Source: Octopus sinensis (lineage: Eukaryota). From it: a stretch of DNA of 64,000 nt. The stretch spans positions 18,972,001-19,036,000 of the forward strand of contig NC_043016.1 in NCBI RefSeq assembly GCF_006345805.1, written 5' to 3'. This document shows, piece after piece, positions 61,158 to 64,000 of the stretch. Every line of letters begins with the position of its first letter. The stretch's first letter is position 1. Below the pieces are notes generated by a model that was not told where the DNA came from, did not search any database, and saw nothing but the letters and a program-made list of their open reading frames with translations. Position numbers and translations under genes: made by a program.

Positions 61158-61201
61158 ACGCCTGATGAACGTATTCATGTGCGAGAAACTATTAGTAGCG
61201 T
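61158..61201 (+). ncRNA. Very compact hammerhead ribozyme motif (44 nt)
   Basis: Stem I ACGC/GCGT; CTGATGA (61162-61168); stem II CGTA/TGCG above an A-A mismatch; GAAAC-TATTA-GTA. Confidence 0.6.
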
Positions 61202-61319
61202 GGTAAGGACGTGTAGTTGAAACGTTTAATAATATTCAACTCTCATTGGATGGACTACTCTTCATATTGACCTTTACGAAGTTAATTTCTTACATATGTG
61301 CGTGTGTGTATGCATGCAT

Positions 61320-61590
61320 GTATTCAAGTATGTATGTATGTATGTATGTATGTATTATATATATATATGTTTGTATGTATTATGTATGTATGTATGTTTG
61401 TATGTATGTATGTTTGTATGTATGTATGTATGTATGTATGTATGTATGTGTGTATGTATGTATGTATGTATGTAATGTATGTATGTATGTATGTTTGTAT
61501 GTATGTATGTATGTATGTATGTATGTATGTATGTATGTATGTATGTATGTATGTATGTATGTATGTTTGTATGTATGTACGTATGTATGA
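61320..61590. repeat. (TATG)n microsatellite
   Basis: Direct reading. Confidence 0.95.
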
Positions 61591-61966
61591 ATGTGCATAC
61601 ACATGCATGTACTCATTCACATAAGAAGACACACACGAATTCTGGCAGTGACATACATATGACAGAATACATCCCTCCTAACAAGTACGTATGCAACTGA
61701 AGAAACAATTTATGCATATATAATATCAATTACATCAGGATTAAACAGCAACGGAAGAAAAAAGAAGAGTAGGAAAAGACAATCGAAAACAGTAACAACA
61801 TATTTTTTTAATCAACACACACCACACAAACACACACACACAACACACCACACATACATATACATATAAATATACATATATTATGTGTGTGTGTGTGTGT
61901 GCATGTGTGTATGTGTGTATGTTTATATATATCTATCTATATATATGTATATTATATATATATTAT

Positions 61967-61998
<32 letters not shown>

Positions 61999-62629
61999 AT
62001 AATAAACTAGTTAAAGTTAGTCAACACACATAACACACGTACACGCATACATTACAAACATGACACACACACACACAGAGAAAACACACATACATGTACG
62101 TGCACACACATGCACGCGCACATGCGCGTGCATAGATGTAGACATGCATACATAATTGTGTACATAAATAACATAAGTTTAGATAGCTTATTAAAAACGA
62201 GTAGAAAGTTATATAAATAAAAACGCGTGAATGCATGAAGATACATAGATAAATACATAGATAGATACATACATACTAAGATAGCTGGATAGATAAATAA
62301 ATGGCAATATAACACCCGTATTCGTTTGTATCTTTAAACGTGCAAGGTGTGAGACAAGGTGTTACGATTTCTCTCACCGAAATACACAACTTAGAATAGA
62401 ATAAATCTTAAATAAATTAACCTTTCATTTTTGTCTTGCTTCATTTTTTATGTTGTCAGGTAAGTGAAAAACATGAAGGAAAAATATAGCAACAAAAAAG
62501 GAAACAAAATAATAAGAAAAAAAATGAAATGAAGTAAATGTAGTGATGACAAAACTGGAAGAAAAAAATTAATTTGATGGTGGTTTAGAGTTGCTTGTGT
62601 TAATGTTAGTATTTCGTGTTGAAAGTCAT

Positions 62630-62945
62630 GATCGTGATAATAGTGATATTGCTAAGAATGATGATGATGAGGAGGAGGAGAAGGAAAAGGAGGAGAACGA
62701 CGACGACGACGAGGACGTGGTCGGGGACGACGACGCCGGCATCAGCGGCGGTGGCGGCGGCGATAACGATAACGACGAAGGCAATGATCATTATCATGAT
62801 GATAACAGTGGTGGTGGTGGTAGTGGTGATACTATGACAGTGTTGGAAGTGGTGGTGGTGGTGGTGGTGGTACCTGTTGTGGTGTTGATGGCAGTGGCGA
62901 TAATAGTGGGGGACGGTGCTGCTGCAAATGATGATGACGATATGA
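62630..62945. repeat. GC-richer compound trinucleotide low-complexity tract (GAT/GAG/GAC/GGC/GGT)
   Basis: Direct reading. Confidence 0.85.
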
Positions 62946-62989
62946 TCGTGTTGAGGTGGAAATGATGGAAACAAGACAAATAGGAATAA

Positions 62990-63077
<88 letters not shown>

Positions 63078-63150
63078 GAAGTAAAATGCATGAAAATCAA
63101 AATCATTTTATTGCTAAATTTTTTCCTGTCTAGAATATACACACTTAACA

Positions 63151-63218
<68 letters not shown>

Positions 63219-63309
63219 GTGTGCATGTATATATATATATATCATGCATATATATATATATTATAATATATACATACATACATACATACATACACACAAA
63301 CACACACTC

Positions 63310-63341
<32 letters not shown>

Positions 63342-63681
63342 TATATATTATATATATTTGTGTGTGTGTGTTGTTAAATGTAGCATTCAAGGATCGAGGT
63401 GTAGGAAGAAAGTTAGCTTCAAGCAATCCGTAGTAAAATAATAAAAACTCTTTCGATTGAGGCGGAAGGATGCGATAACCTGAAAAAAATTTATTTTGTA
63501 TTTCACGGTAGGCAACCAGGTTTGCCGCGTATGCAAATGAGAATATAAGAGTTAAGGAATGGAGTAGAGCCTCGGAAGTGGTAAATATCCAAACGAGGTG
63601 TATATCACAGGCTACTTAGAGCTAAAAGCAACAGTAACATCGTCCTCAGTAGGACCGCCACATTTAATCGGCAAAAATGTT

Positions 63682-63993
63682 ACCGGGTTCAGTCCCACTG
63701 CGTGGCACCTTGGGCGACTTCTACTATAGCCTCATGCCGACCAAAGACTTGTGAGTGGCACTGGTAGACGGAAACTGAAAGAAGCCTGCCGTATATATAC
63801 GTATGTGTGTGTGTGTCAGTGTTTGTCCCAAATCATCGCTTGACAACCGATTGTTGTCTTAGCGGTTCGGTAAATAAGACCGATAGAATAAGTACTAGGC
63901 TTACAAAGAATAAGTCTCGAGGTCGATTTGTTCGACTAAAAGGTAGTGCTTCAGCATGGCTGCAGTCAAATGACTGAAACAAATAAAAAGAAT
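63682..63993 (+). mobile_element. SINE family C, lacking the first part of the head
   Basis: CCGGGTTCAGTCCCACTGCGTGGCACCTTGGGC..GGTAGACGGAAACTGAAAGAAGCC..AAATGACTGAAAC. Confidence 0.8.
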
Positions 63994-64000
63994 ATATATA

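Overview
AT-rich eukaryotic DNA made almost entirely of repeats. The SINE families and the dense (TA)n, (TG)n, (CATA)n and (TAA)n tracts look like an octopus genome; this is inferred from memory and was not checked by a search. No host protein-coding gene can be supported. Nearly all ORFs in the supplied track are translated microsatellites or broken transposon frames. Recognisable elements: two Ty3/Gypsy relics (6.9-11.5 kb); about ten Dong/R4-like RLE LINE pieces, nearly all on the minus strand inside (TAA)n arrays, including one full-length copy at 30579-34540; two Tx1/L1-like LINE relics; two Penelope-like elements (PLEs) of different type; a full-length mariner plus a deleted one; a MITE; three tRNA-derived SINE families; and a ~550-bp non-coding repeat family tied to (TAA)n. 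The most interesting signal is about 13 minimal type-I hammerhead ribozyme (HHR) motifs in short, mostly (TA)n-flanked units. Several of these units are asymmetric fold-backs with two outward-facing ribozyme arms. One HHR has a swapped G3:C8 core pair, another has U4C, and most have self-complementary helix III with compensatory changes between copies. All folds were derived by eye and none was tested.
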